Below are positions 41,601-56,600 of a DNA stretch of 64,000 nucleotides, one piece after another; positions within the stretch are counted from its first letter, which is position 1, and each line of letters begins with the position of its first letter. Below the pieces are notes generated by a model, which searched no databases, was not told the origin of the DNA, and saw only the letters and a list, made by a program, of their open reading frames with translations. Location of the stretch: contig OZ004608.1 of assembly GCA_963924565.1 (NCBI GenBank), positions 10,044,001 to 10,108,000 of the forward strand, given 5' to 3'. The position numbers and the translations under genes were made by a program. This DNA is from Ascidiella aspersa (Eukaryota).

Positions 41601-44600
41601 CCGTCTTCCGTGAGTTCTTCGTGAGTCTCAACCTTCCACTTCGCATCACGAGGGGTGAAGCGATCATCGTGCAAGCGACCGTCTTCAATTACTTCGACAC
41701 ACCGCAAACAGTGAGTCGTTCGTTGTTTTTCTGGTTTGTTAACCCGGCTTTTTAGGAGCCGCTGTACGCTATGCTTGGTCTCTAAGACAAAACAGAGAAA
41801 TAGCGCATTGGGTAATGGCGAAGGTATGCGAGAAATATCGCTACCCTTTATAAGTATCTGTGCTAAAGAAATTAATGCTATAAAAATAACCACAATGTTA
41901 CCCAACATGGTCGAATATGTCTTTAAGTAAATTAGATCAAAATACATTGATACGACCTATAATGTATCTAGCACATCTGGTCGACAACCAATTTCACTTT
42001 AATCAATTAGATTTAAACGCTTGATAACAGGTTCGTGCTCTTAGCCGAAAACCACTAAAACAATAACAACCCCCTACCAAGCTTAAAAACAAAAATTCAT
42101 ATATAGGTAAAGCATTAAGTGTTTTTTGTTGGGACACTTCGGCTTCAGACGCCTTACAAAAGGTCCAAGACCTTTTGTACAAGTGGATCGAATGACCACA
42201 CCTGGACACTTAGAAAAGAAAAAAACCTCTCAAAGAAAGTTGAAGTGCACTCGGCTTGTGACGCTCCATGGCACATGGTTGCCAAAAAACGCGGGTGCAG
42301 GCGAGCGGAAACACTTCGAAAGCCATATGCAATTAATTGCAGCAACTGACATGTTGCTGTACTAGCAATCCCACACTACTAGTTTCGTGTGGAGTCGTTG
42401 ACGTGCTCACAGCAAAGGTCTCGGTTGAAACTGATGTATTTCTTTGCCTTGTCGACCGAATCTGTATTCCGAAACGCAGTGTGATTATATTTGATTAATC
42501 TGATTCGAAATCACCACTACCACTATATATATACACAGTTTTTCAGTCCCGGTACTTTAGTCGTACAACAGAAACGAAACCTCATAGCCGAATAACCAGC
42601 CATCTAACGATTTTTCATATTGTTATTCTTTTTGTTAATTCTGCCTAGTACGCAAAGTAATCCATTTACCTCGCCTCGTCCGCCAAAAACGAGCGCACCC
42701 GCTGCCTATGTCCTTAAGTTTTACTTATTCTACATGTAGCATAGGCCTTTCATACATTTTTACGTTCTAACTATTGAATCTGGAATTAGAAGCATACAAA
42801 ATGTCGTCCCCTTTCAATGGTCAAACCAACCCTTAAAATATTCTATTCGGCCTTATGTTAATCAAAGCACTTTAATCAATTCGTAACAACACAAAAAAAC
42901 TTCTGGCGGCTTTTGACCCCTCGCCCCTGACCCGACCACTTTCTCTTCACCCAGGTCCAGCTGACCCTGAGCCAGAGCGCCAACTTCGAGTTGATCACCC
43001 CCGGGAATGACCCGATCGCCGCCGGCCCCATGCGCACCCTCTATGTACCCAGCAACGGCGCCGTGTCCGTCAAGTTCCCGGTACGCATGAACAGCCTCGG
43101 GGAAGTCCCGATCACGCTGTCGGCCGTTGCCGAGCTGGGCCAGGACGCCCTTACCAGGGTCGTATACGTCAGGGTAAGGATTCGATATTTATGCTTCGGA
43201 ATATTTTTTTATATATTTTTTTTCTTTTTGGTGTGTAGTTCGTTCTTCAATTTACTTCGATCCAGCATACCTCTCTCCTACTGACAAATTTTAAGTGGTT
43301 ACTTGTGAAATTTATCGTTAACATTACCAGGGTCTTGTACGTCAGGGTAAGGATCTAATGTTTGTGCTTCGTTATATTTTTTTTATTTTTATTACTTTTG
43401 GTGCGAGGTTCGTGCTTTCCCCTTTTCTATCCGGCACAACTGTCCTCAATTGTTGAATTTTTACTGTTTACTGGTAAAATTTGCCGTTAAAGTTTCTAAA
43501 GTCGTGCTTAATAAGTCGAATATCTAAAACTCTCATCGAAAGCTTTTTTTCAATAGCTTGTCTGCATTTCTGCGTTTTCTGTTTTAATTTCTTTAGCGTC
43601 TTGTTTCCTTAAAACTATACTTTGAATTAAACCTTTACCTAAACTGTCTTGTGTATAGTAGTTAAAGTGACTATAAGCGTTTAGTAATTTAGTTAGTATT
43701 AGACCAGGGGTTAAACTTTTATAGCGGTGTATTTATGGCGCACCAATTAAAATCTTGCTGGGCTGAAGAGTCGAGTCCAGTCCCCATAACAGTATAACAC
43801 GAATCAAACTTAACCTCAACTTTCTTATTTTGTGCCGTTCACAACACCTTCCTTAAACGTCCTTTGTATACACAGCCGGAGGGCATCCAGCAGTGCTATT
43901 CCTCCTCGATCCTTGTAAACCGCGAGAGCGACCGAGATCCGACCAGCACCGAAGCCCTTGAGATCCTGATTCCAGTTGGAATCGTGCCCGGGTCCGAAAA
44001 GGTCAAGCTATCTGTTTACGGTAAGCCTTCGCGACCCGGCATCGGTGTTCAAGATTTTTTTTATGAGAAGGGTCGGTTTTTAGGGTTTGGCTTTTGTTTC
44101 CACTTGGGATTTTTGTTTACGCTTTCTACATAGATTTAAAGATTGGCTTTTGTTTCCGTTGAGCAATTTTAAAAGATCTCGGTTATTAAATCGCTCCCCT
44201 CAAAACTTCTTTAAAACACAGACCTGTTTTATAGGTTTATATTTGTGCAAGTTTTGTGTTTTGATTATTACATATTTAAAATATTGTTTCGACTGATACA
44301 CTGGTAGCGTCTCCATTAAACTTCCATCACCAACAAATAGTCCCAAAATACGGAGTTCCCAAAGTCAAAACTACAGAAGACGCCCAAACGATCTAAAGCA
44401 GCGCTTTATTTTTATCCTTTTCAATTTTTTCACATTACATTTTTTAATTTTCAATTCTATCTTCAGGCGACATACTGGGAAACACGTTAAGCAACTTGGG
44501 CAACCTGCTTCGTATGCCTGGCGGTTGCGGCGAACAAAACATGCTCGGGTTTGCTCCCGACGTCTTCGTCACCGACTACCTGAAGAAGGCGGGCAGACTG

Positions 44601-47600
44601 GACGCCGCCACCGAGGCCAAGGCGAGGAGCCACATTCGTACCGGTTACACCAACGAACTCAAGTAGGTGTTGTTTATTTTTATTGGATAACTACCAAGTG
44701 TATTTAGTAGCTTGGGTGATTCGCAAATTATTTAAAAATAAGGTAATTAGACGAATCCCATTTAGAAATCATCTGATTTTTGTTCTCTTATTTGTGTTTT
44801 TTTGTCGGTGTTATTTAAGGCGCTTCGCAAGCTTGCTATAAAAAATAAATTATCGCTTTTCATTGAAACGAGCTTATCTTTCTACCCCCTTGTTTATTTT
44901 CGGGTTGCCGATTTAGCGTTTTGTTTCCAGGTGTGAATTTTCCTGGCGTATTGTAAAAACATTGGCCCACTCTGTCGATTAGCTTTTTCGTTTTACTTAT
45001 AACATAAAAAATAAAACTTACGAAACGTTAAACCCGGAAAATAGATAATACAAAAAGTGATCGGTGGCAAAATAAAAAATCATTTTGAAACAATCAACAG
45101 ATAAAAGTCATCTATAACTGGTGTTATTTCACAACAATTTTTAACCGACAATAGCCGTTTAGGGCTACTTTTCCTACCCCCAATATACCAAAGCTAATAT
45201 ATTTTCTTAGAACAAAAAATAACTTATTGCAAAAAGACAACTTTAGTACCGATAAACGAAAGTACTTTTCGAAGCCATCGCCACCTAGAAAAAAAACTGA
45301 CACTGCAAAATCCGCAAATTAACAAAATACCCTTTTCACTAACACTCTTTTCACCTGCAGCTACAAGCACGGGGACGGATCGTACAGCGCTTTCGGCAGA
45401 GGCCAAGGCAGCACCTGGCTCACCGCCTTCGTTGCCAAGTGCTTTATCTTCGCGCACAAGCTCCAGGCCGACTACGTGCAGGCCAAGATCATCGACGAGG
45501 CCCTCGACTTCCTGATAAGCATGCAAAACTCAAGCACTGGCGAGTACATGGAAAAGGGCAAGGTCTCGCACAGGGCCATGCAGGTACGAACATGCTATGG
45601 ACTGTAGACTATGGAGTTGCCTTGCATGCTATTCGGACTATTGCAGTGGTTCTCACTTCTCAACCTTATTCACCTTGCGGACCCCTTTTGCTTCCTTGAA
45701 ATAATGGAGGATCACAGTAATGTTTAAAGCTGTCCAAATTGAACTTTCACGGTGCAATAATTGCATTCTTACATTTAGTTCGGTACTCGTTCTAACACTA
45801 GATGCTAGATGCACAAGCTGTCATCAGATTTATTAACAATAAAATTTATCAAGAAAAACAGGCTCCCCCTACTGTTAATTTATCAGCCTATGAAATAAGA
45901 GAAGTTGTGATTCCTGTAAACCTTTTCACATACCCCAGTTTGACAACCAACAACCTAGACGTTTATTTAGAGGTGCCAAACCCCGGTGTGTTAAACATTG
46001 TTACGATTTTTTTTGTTTTTTTCTGTCCCTAGATTAACGCGATACATTGCTGTACCGATTAAATCTCCGTTAATATTTGTTAACCTTGGTTAGGTCAATA
46101 TTTTCCATATTTGCCACTAGCCTAAAATAGCTCAAGTTTATAACGATGTTACCGCTTTACATTTTATCTACCCCCTTCTACGGTTTGAAGGTGAACATTT
46201 TTAGTCAATGCCCAGTTGTTTACTTTCAATAATACATAATTGTATAACGTATATACATGACAATCACATGTGTGTTTATCGCACACCATTGACTTTGATT
46301 GTGGCCCTTAACACAATTGAAATCCTATTCTACAGGGAGGAGTTACGAAAGGAGTCACAATGACTGCGTACGTTCTGGTCACCCTCACTGAGACCGCCTT
46401 CCCCTACAAGAACAAGGTAAGTTGCTGCTTCATTAATTGTGTCGCCCAAACATAACAAACTTGACCTTTTTTTCCAATTGTATTTTAAACTTTTTGTTGC
46501 ACACTGTTCTATATTCCGCCACTTTTTGCAGCCATACAGAAAAAGCCGAAAAAAAACCTTGATATTAAACTAATTTTAACGCTCCTTTTGAAATAATCTG
46601 CTCTGTATTTTAAAAAATATTTTGAAATTAACTTGTCAAAGGATGTGTGATTACAAAGGCTGAAAAAAGCGGCCGTGACGAGCGGTTCACTTCAAAATAG
46701 GTCCTTAAAAGTAAAACCTGTTAAAAAGAACTTCCTTCCAACGGCATTGTTGGCTGAAATCACAATAAACACTCTTTCCCGTTTTCAGAAAGTTGCCGAG
46801 TCCGGTGCCAAGGCCCGCGCCTACCTGGAAAGCAACTTGCAGGGAATCAGGGATGACAAGTACGCCCTTGCCATCGTCACTTACGCGCTCACCGTGTCCG
46901 AAAGCAACATGGCTGGCCAAGCGCTCGGCTACCTCAACGCTCTTGCGTCTGTCACTGGTTAGTGGGTTGTATAATGTATACTGTTGGATGGACTGTTTTC
47001 CAGGGGTGCTTGTATGTTCGACAAATAGGCAAATCCACAGTCACAGTGTTGTGTAGTGTTGTATTGGGGGTTTAACTTAATGTGTGGAATACATTATGCA
47101 AATGATTTTTACTAAAAAATTTTTTTACTTGACAATGCTGACGTTTAACCTTCTATTAAAATTTGTTAAAAATAGAAAACGACAAAATTTGAATTTATGT
47201 AAACATTATGCGAGTCATTTTTACTATGAAATTTTTCACGTTACTTTACTGACGTTTACCTTTTCATTAAAATTTATTTAAAAATATTGACGTCGAACAT
47301 TTTTTATTTATGTAAAAATACTCCATTTTCTAACACGACCAAAACACCAGTATCTGCTTAATGCTTTAATTGTGAGGTACTAATATGTAATGTAGGGCTG
47401 TGTTTCAAAATGTCTTCAAAACCGAGATGGCATGACACTTCTCTCCACCAGGTGGCCTTAAGTACTGGGAGGCTGAAACCCCCGACGCTTCTGTTTACAA
47501 GAGCGCCTGGCGTCGTCCCTACTACCAACCTCCCACCAACGAAGTTGAGATGACCGCTTACGCGCTGCTCACTTACGCCAGGATGGACAACGTCGCCGCC

Positions 47601-50600
47601 GCCGCACCTATTATGAAGTGGCTCGCCTCCAAACAGAACCCCAACGGCGGCTACACCTCGACCCAGGTGTGGGATTTTGTCATTTTGTGGCTTTTTAACG
47701 CGTTTGATTTAACCTGCGATTAACCATTTCGCTGTTGGTCCGTTTTGTAATTTTGACGGAAAATACCTATTTCGCTGCTAGTCCTTTATGAAATTTTTTC
47801 GGAAAAATACCGATTCTGCTGCTAGTCTGTTTTGCAATTTGGTAAAAAAATACCCATTTAGCTGTCAGCCCGTTTTGCATTTGTGGCGTAAAACTACCTA
47901 TTTCGCTGCTAGTCCGTTTTGTAGTTTGGCAGAAAAACACCTATTTTGCTGCTAGTCCGTTTTTTAATTTGACAGAAAAGTACCTAGTTCGCTGCCACTT
48001 CGTTTTGTATTTGGGCGGAAAATACCTATTATGCTGCTGGCCCTTTTTCTAATTTAGTGGTAAAACATCAAATTTGGCTTGCAAATCCGTATCGTTACTG
48101 CCACTCGCTTTATATATACTTTTCACTGTTTGTTTTTAACTCGCAGGACACAGTGATAGCGATCCAGGCGATGTCGAGTGTTGCCGGTCTGCTTGTGTCT
48201 CGACCTCAGGCTCTCACCATATCAGCAACCCACTCAATCGACCAGAGCTTCTCCGCTGATTTCAATATAAACGACGCTAACTCAATGGTCTTTAATCAAG
48301 TCAACGTGAGTTTACAAGACTGGAAAGATTTTAGATATGCTTTTGATACAAAGACAAGGAGCTTTAAGGTCTCCATTTATTTGGCATATTACAAAGAATA
48401 ATTTCAAACTCAAGTCTATATATATTAACATTTTTTAACCAACATTTGTCCTAATTTTTTTCGACAACATTAAAGTGATAGAGGTCAAAATAATGTAAGG
48501 TTTCCAAACACCTGTTAAGATTACTTCAATTTTAACCCCCTTTTCTTTAAAACTATTTTATGCGGGAATAAAACTTATATCTTCGAAATAAAGCAGTGGT
48601 TTTCAACTTGTTTTGAGTCACGCACCCCTTAAACACAATATCAAGCTTACCCTGTTTTCTTTTTGGGTCCCTGTTTTCTTTTGACAAGACCGCAAACTTT
48701 AAAACATTATAGTTGAATTAAGAAGAACTTGAATTTAAAAACGTTTATCATATGTATAATCTACAAATCTGCATTTCACCCCTGACAAAACAATACCAAG
48801 CTTACGGCTTTCCTTTTTTTCTAAATACTACAGCGAATTTTAATGCAACATTGTAGTTAAATCAGGATAAAAATTAAAAACGTTTACCATACTAAAACAT
48901 CTGTATTTTCCGTGCACTCGCTGACCCAACCGCCAAAATCGTTTTACCATCTGATAACCAACAATAATTAGGGTATCCTTGCCAAATGGCCAAAAAATAC
49001 TCTTAGCAATGTATCCAAACAGCATTTTGCATTGAATGTGTTACACATTTCAAGATAGTATAAAAAGTTTGTTAAGCAAAATCATAATTCTGATATATCT
49101 TTACATAGATTTCAAATATTAAGAAAACTGTTACAACTCCCGTCTCCTGAAAATAACCGACTTCCATCTTGTTCCAGGTTCCTGCCGTCGACGGAAACGT
49201 GGACATCCGCGCCGATGGAACCGGAGTCGGCGTTGCTCAACTCTCGGTCTGCTACAACATCCCCAACGACCCGTTCGAGGGCGAGCCGTTCGCCTGCACA
49301 CTGGAAACACTCTCGGCCAGCAGCGCGATGGCACACGTCAAGTTCTGCTGCTCGTAAGAAGTGCTTTTTCGACGCCGTTGCTCGCCCTATTTTGAATTCC
49401 AATCTGATTTGAACACTCGGTTAAGGCGCTGTGTAAATTTACGCTGTAGGCTTTCCACTGTTTCTGGTTCATGGATGGTTGCCACAAAGTAGATACGCAT
49501 TTCCTGCAATATACACAATTACACATCCATTCATTCGAATTAAGATATACTGACGTTACCTTTGCTGGCGAAATATATATATCTTTTAAGATCTTTTAAT
49601 TGTGTCTGACCTGAATTGCTAGCTTTGCCAGATTATTCTGCTGTTACTGATCAGGAACTAAGGTCGACATTTATTTTGCAAGGGTCAAAGTGCTTTCCAA
49701 TATCACATATCCAGTCGTACATTCCTGCAATGTGTACTAAAAATGCTCTGTGTTTGCAAAAACAAGGTAATTGCTTCTAAAACAGCTTGTCATAATTGCT
49801 GCCTTTGGAGCCACAGCATCCAAATGTCAATACATTGCAAAAGCCCGATGCCCCCAAAAAAATATTTTAAAGTCGGGCCTGTCCAGTAACTAACAAAGCC
49901 TTTTCATCCATCAAAAACGCTTCACATTTTTGCCCGTTTTTTAACTTGCTGCTAGCATATAAGTTCAGTAACCCAAACAATTATGAAAACGCCACCCAAT
50001 CTCTAAACTCTAATCTACCCCCGTATGACAGACTGCGCCCCGAAGACATGAACGCCACCGGTATGTTCCTCTTCGAGATGACCCTGCCCAACGGATTCAC
50101 CGTCGACGAGGAAAACGAGAAGGAACGCAACCGACGCGCCAGCCGCGTCGAACTGGAGAGCAAGGACGGAAAGAACAGCTTTAACGTCTACTACGATAAC
50201 GTAAGCGCCCTTGCATTTTAGTTTCGCACTTGGGTCACCCGAACGAATACTCAAAAAGGATTGGAAAATACCATATAAATGGATTTTCAATTATTTGAAA
50301 AAGAACTTGTTAGTATAGTGTGGTACCAGTAATTTTACGATACTTCTTAGTCAGCCGTTTTAAATTGTTTGTAGATATTTTCAACTCGGGTGAGCATTCA
50401 GGCAAAGCTGTTTTTTTTACTTGGAATTTTATGTTTTGTCCAGCAGATATAAAATCATAATATTTTTGTTGCTTTTTTCTTAGGATATACGTAACTTTCA
50501 AGTGTATTTGTAACCTTATTTAATTTATTACCATTCTGCGCTTATACAATTTGTTTTTTTAACTTGTCATTAGGACGCAGGTTTAAAGGATAAAATCGAT

Positions 50601-53600
50601 CGGCTGTAAATAGTTTAAAAACAAGGCCTAGAGCTTGCTTTAAAACCGTTCCTGACCATTAGGAATTGTCGGATACTTATCCGATACCGATTCCCGATAT
50701 GTTGTTCAAAAGCACGGATGCCGATCCGATATAAAGATACCTCGCGTGAAACTCGATGATCTACAAACGTTTAATGTAATTTTTTACGCTGTGCTCTAAA
50801 ATATTGCCACTTAACTGCTTTTTGATGAAAGGGTAGAATTCTTTGCTTTGATTCGCAAACCACGGATAAGAAGCATTATAGGTGAATTCAAATTAGTGTC
50901 GATACCACTCTAGAATCTGACAAGAGCCCATCTTGCCACTTAGGCATCGGGTATGGATCCAAAATTATCGGGGACCCCCAGCCACGATCATTAGTCTTAG
51001 CGCAATGCTTCATATCCTAGCGCAATAAAACGCGCCTTGTCGATTAATGCTCACCAGCTTCTAACCTGATACTTGTGTCATCTCGCAGCTGGATGTGGGA
51101 GAGACGCTCTGCGCCAACGTACAACTCATTCGATTTGAGGAGGTGGCCGACTCGCAGCCTCAGCCCGTATACGCCTACGATTACTACAGTCCAGGTGAGA
51201 GCCCGAACTTTTTGCGCACCGTTCCGCCAAAGTCGATCTTTAACACAGAACTTCGCTTGGTATTCCTGGGTCGGTTGGGTTTGTCGAAACACACGATTGG
51301 GTTTTCTCTTTGTAACATAATTTGTTTCGAAAGTGCCGCAATAAGTTGGCCGTGGCATTTCAGTCTGTTTTTGATTTCGTATTGTTTTTCAAAACCAGTC
51401 TACGTCTTTTAAAACCCTGTCTTTAATTTGTTTTTTAATAATAATATGCGGCCACAACAGGTGCCGCCAAATATTTGCAGACAGCAAACGGGTTTTAGGT
51501 TGGACACAATTTCTAGTTGCTCGTTTTGCACATTTCATAAGCAAATTTAGGCCACCCACAAAAATGTAAATTATTATTTTTTTTATTCAAAAACTTGTTT
51601 GCTTCTTGTACAGAAACTGACGATGCCTGTTCATAAGGCCAAATATATATTCATGAAAAATTTCATTCTATGAATTCTACCTGTTTTTTACAAACAGTCT
51701 CCATATTCCCACAACTGTACGTTAAAAGAAATAACACAACTGTTTTTTTTTTACAATCTAGCGCGCAAGGTCACTCGTCTCCTCGAGATCGCCCGCTTCC
51801 GCTCCACCCAAGTCTGCCAGCTCTGCGGCCAGGAGTGCGTCGGCTGTCCAGGTAATGACGCAAGCGACGATGACGTCACCGGTCCGGGCGGCTCGGCTCC
51901 GGCCCGCCACCGTGCGGCCACTTTTGGGTGTTGGTGGCTTGTCGCGCTCCCGTTGTTTGCCGTGCTTCGACACTACTAACCCCAAATATTGCACACAACG
52001 CGCATTTCAGCAATATGTGACGCGCCCATTTTTTTCCGTTTAATGCGGAAAAAACGGTCGCCTGTTTAAAAATACGATTAACAATCGAAACACGGCTGTA
52101 CAATCGCAGTATATGCTTTCATTGTAATGTCATGCGGTAAAACCGCGCCTATACATTTTCTCAAGTAAAGTAAACGAAATAGCCGAAGTGTTTGGAAAAG
52201 TCATTAACAACGAAACACGCGCCACAATTTGTACAATCGCAGTATATGCTTTGAATGTAGAATGTCATGCGGCAAAACCGCGGCTACATTTTTACTTTTC
52301 TCAAGTAAAGTAAACAAAATACTTTTTTCAAGTAAAGTAAAACGAAGCCAAAGAGTTCAAAAACATCATTAACAACAAAACGCTCTGCTTCAAAAGTAGA
52401 ATCGCGTACATTTTCATTGTAGAATGTTACACATTTTTCTGCGTTTTTCCATACGAAGTAAAACATATAGCCAGTTGTCTGAATATCACTAACAACGCAA
52501 CCATTCATGTCCCATTTTCATCGTAGCAGTGGTCATGAACGGCAAACCGCTTTTTTCCCGGAACGCTATTTGTCATTCAACTGTAATCATATCCATCTTT
52601 CAAACCGCCGTGTTGCAAAAACTTTTTTTTAACAATTAAAAACGACTTCGTTTATTTACACGAAAATGCTGCGACTGAACCCCCTAAATTTTTGAATGTG
52701 CGAACTTCTGTAAATTTGTATAAATGAACTGAGCTTTTTAAGTTTTAGTACTGTTTTGTACGAAACATTTTAATCCAATTTCTTAACTTTTAGATCTGTT
52801 AAAGATTTTTTTACAAAGTTCATTTTCTCCATGCGAACTGGCTGCCTCGCCAATACCATAGTATAGGTTTATCAAAATACCTTTCCTCAAACAGTTTTAG
52901 TGCTTTGGTTCGAAACTCACTTCTTAATCCATTTTTTTTAATTTTTAAAGTCTCTTGTTTTTTTAACAAAGTTTCTCAAAGCGAACCGCTTATCTGGCCC
53001 AATACACTATGGTTAGTTTAATCAAAATAATTTTCTCAACTCGTAACAAAAGAACGGTTCTGCGTCAAATTGCATTTTTACTTTTTAACTGACACCCCAC
53101 CACCCCGCACATACACACAGACGCGTTTTTTGCTATTTTTGTGCGGCTTTTGTGCACGAATATTGTGTTTCTGACTGCGGAGACCAAAAGGAATGTGTTT
53201 GCAATCTGAAGTGCTAACTGGCTTGTGAGTTTTGCATTTTTGACCAGTGGCCGACGGCACATGCGACAGCACGTGTTATTCGACGCAACAGAAGGGTATG
53301 TTTACTTGTTCTGTGTTTTACTCAAGTGTATGCTCCGTATGTGGTAGCCGTCCTGTGCCTAGCCGAAATTCATTGGTCCTCTTTTTCTCCTGTTCTCTTA
53401 GGTTCACGAAGTGTACAGTTAAAGTGCGCTTAAACTTTTATTTATTCTGTTAATGCTTTCCTATTTTTTTTTATATCGCAAACGGAACTTCAAAATTTAA
53501 CTCGTATAATGCTGTAATTAAAAATAAAAAACAGTAAAACCATTTTTTTCCTAGACTACGTAACTTTTTCCTGAACTGTGTATGTGTATTATTACACACA

Positions 53601-56600
53601 GTAGGTTTAATATCTCTTATTTTTTTGTAATGACGACTATTGTGTATAGTATTCCATATCACTCCCTTTTTGTCAAAAGTTAGTTATTAGACTCGTTGTC
53701 CGTCCATATAGGTGTATTGTTCTTGTTTGTTTTACTTAAACTCAAATCTTTTAAAAGTAGGTTTTATATGTTTTAAACCTACTATAAAGCCTATGGATAG
53801 CATCTTAGGTTTGATTTTAAATGCCTTAATAGTCGAACTGTCCATCCGTCAATTTTTGCTAGAACAGCAAGTGAAATTCCTTACCCTTGTTGGTCTTCCT
53901 GCCAATATTTGTTTTCTCATCCATATATGTACACGCGTTATCTGTATTAATAGCTCGTTTTCGTTTCTCACCTTTTTGTAAATGTTTTCTACCTGCCGCT
54001 ATTTATAAATATATTGTTAAGTCTGGTTTTGTAAACCATTGTGGTGATACGAACACTGAACGCAGTGACAGAAAGTCAACCAACGTGAATATTCCAGCAA
54101 AGCACCAGGGAGAAGTTTTAGCAGCCTTTGTTATTCCCCGTTTATAGATGTGTTTTGACATTTACCAAAAAATGACATCACCTGTCATCTGGACGTCATA
54201 CCCGTTAAATTGCGTCACGCACTAACTCCATTTTGCATGCACGTTTTTTCACTACTTCAACAAAGAAAACCTGGTGTTTTCACTGCATGGCAACGGTGAA
54301 CGGTGAACATGTACGACAGAGTATTTTATCTGGCACCGACCGTAAGTAGAAGTAAAAAGTAGAATAAAACTAACGTTCGTATAGTAGTCGCCTGCCGATA
54401 GCTTCTGTCGAACAAGCCTCCGAATTGTGGTAATATAAAATATTTGTTAAGAAAAAATATTTGTCTACTTTGCTTACAATTTACAAAAAACGCTAGAATT
54501 TACGAAAAACTTGAAAAAAAAATTATAAACATTTCTTTATTATCTTAAACCGCCGGCGGTAATTTAAAAGGCCACTCAAAAGTTAAAGCCACCGAAAGTA
54601 TTCTTAAAAAACTCTTTATTGTATTCACAAAAAAAACCTTCGCTTCACTTGGCATCGCCAACAACGTGAACCCACTACTAAACAAAAATTGTAAATTCTT
54701 AACCGCCGGAGGTAATTTAAAATAAGACACCTAAATTATTGCTAAAAAAACTCAAAAAATGTATCCCTAAAAAAACCTGCGCTTTACTTGGGCACCGCCC
54801 AAAAACACGTAAACTGCCCACTAACCGCTTTTGTGTTTTTCGCTTTCCTCCAACATTACAGGTCCGCAAATGAGCGGCTGGCGTCCCTGGTCTGTCTGCA
54901 CCGACTTCTGCAGGAGCGAAATGTCGACGAGGATCAAGCAGTGCATCGATCCTAACAACGATGAGGTGCTCGACATTGAACAATGCGGTCGCGTCGACCA
55001 GCCCATGGAATCGCGCCAGTGTCCATTGGAAGGATTCCCCTGTCCGAGTAAGTGGGAATTTCTTATTTTGTTTTTGGGATTTTTCTTCGGGAAGTTGCTG
55101 CTGGAAAAGCGCGTCAAAGCCACCTTTTGGAAACTTGTCAAAGAGATTACTTCTTTTATGGAGAAACATTAAAAACAAATGTTTTGCTCCGTGTTGTAAT
55201 ATCGTTAAAAATTGCAACAAAGCCTTTGATAGTCAGCAATATGGCACCGAACACACATCGCATTAAATAAGTTAACTCTGTATTTTGCCCAGAAAGATTT
55301 GCTTATCGAAAACAGCAAGCACATGTAGAGTGATCTGATATACGAAAGTATGTTTTTTCACTTAGGAACCTCCACACAGTGCCAGGATGTTTCACGTGGT
55401 TTGATTACGTACATGAATATACGTTGTAAACGGGGAGAGTTGACCGTGTTGTATGAAAAACAGTTACAGTGAGCAAATCGCACTATATGAAAAATATAAC
55501 AACATCAAGATATATTTTTTTGGCTGCAGCTTTCCATCACGGCTTGTGGACTGATGTCCCACGAGGACTCAATCTCGGCTGGTATTATCCGACAACCTGC
55601 CAATCGAACAGCCGCAACGGAGCCACGAATATTCCAGGTGGGTTGCTTTAAAAAAAATTTTTTTTTTTTTGTGAAAAAATCCTATTTGGGCAAAGTTGAA
55701 AAACGTAGGATGTCAAAGTTAAGTATTTTGAACCAAATTGGCCTATAAAAGAAATACAAGTGGCTGTGAAGCAAGCATGATAATCATCAGAGGTCGTGAG
55801 TTTGAAACCTCACCACAGGCAGAATTTTTGTAGACCAGCCTATCCGACCAACTTTTTTACGATACAATATAATTAAGCCAACTGATTTCGGTAATAGGAG
55901 TAATTGGGGTTGGGTATTTATTTTCGGTAATTATGAGCATACCATAGTCGTTGGCCAGTACTGCTTCAGCAGCGCTATAGCTCACAGTGCTTACACCCGT
56001 GTGGCTTGCATGGCTTAGTTAAAAATAACAATACCACACTTTATATCTTCAAAGGCACTCACCTAAACAAGTTGCCGAGAAGAACTTCTTCGTCGTCTAG
56101 GTCTAGGTTGGAGTCGATTTCCGGCGAGCATTTCACCTGCACGGCCACCGTGTTCCAAAATCCACTTAACGCTGCTGGTTTTACCGTCTCGATTCTGGTC
56201 AAGCCAGCCATGAGCTTTAAGAGTGTCCCATCTACTCTGTTCTCGTTCGGCACCAAGGATAGACCCATCTACCACTTCGGAAAGCAGTTTTGGTGAGCTA
56301 GCCTTCGAAAATGCGAGACTTTCAATCCAAATTTTAACCTTGTTCTTCGGTGTTACTGTTAGCTATTGTAGTGCATTGTAATACAGGTTTTCAAACTGCG
56401 CGTCGCGACGCCCTGGTGCGTCTTGTTAAAAATTCCAAAGGCTCCAAACAATGATTTTGATTCGAATCTGTTGATGTAACTAAATGCTTGCAGATATTAC
56501 TATCACCTTCTAACAAAAAAAAAAACGCCTAAATGGATTAAATAAGTTTCTTCAGCAAACAAACCAATAAAAATAAACTGGCTTTCACGTACAAGTTTTA

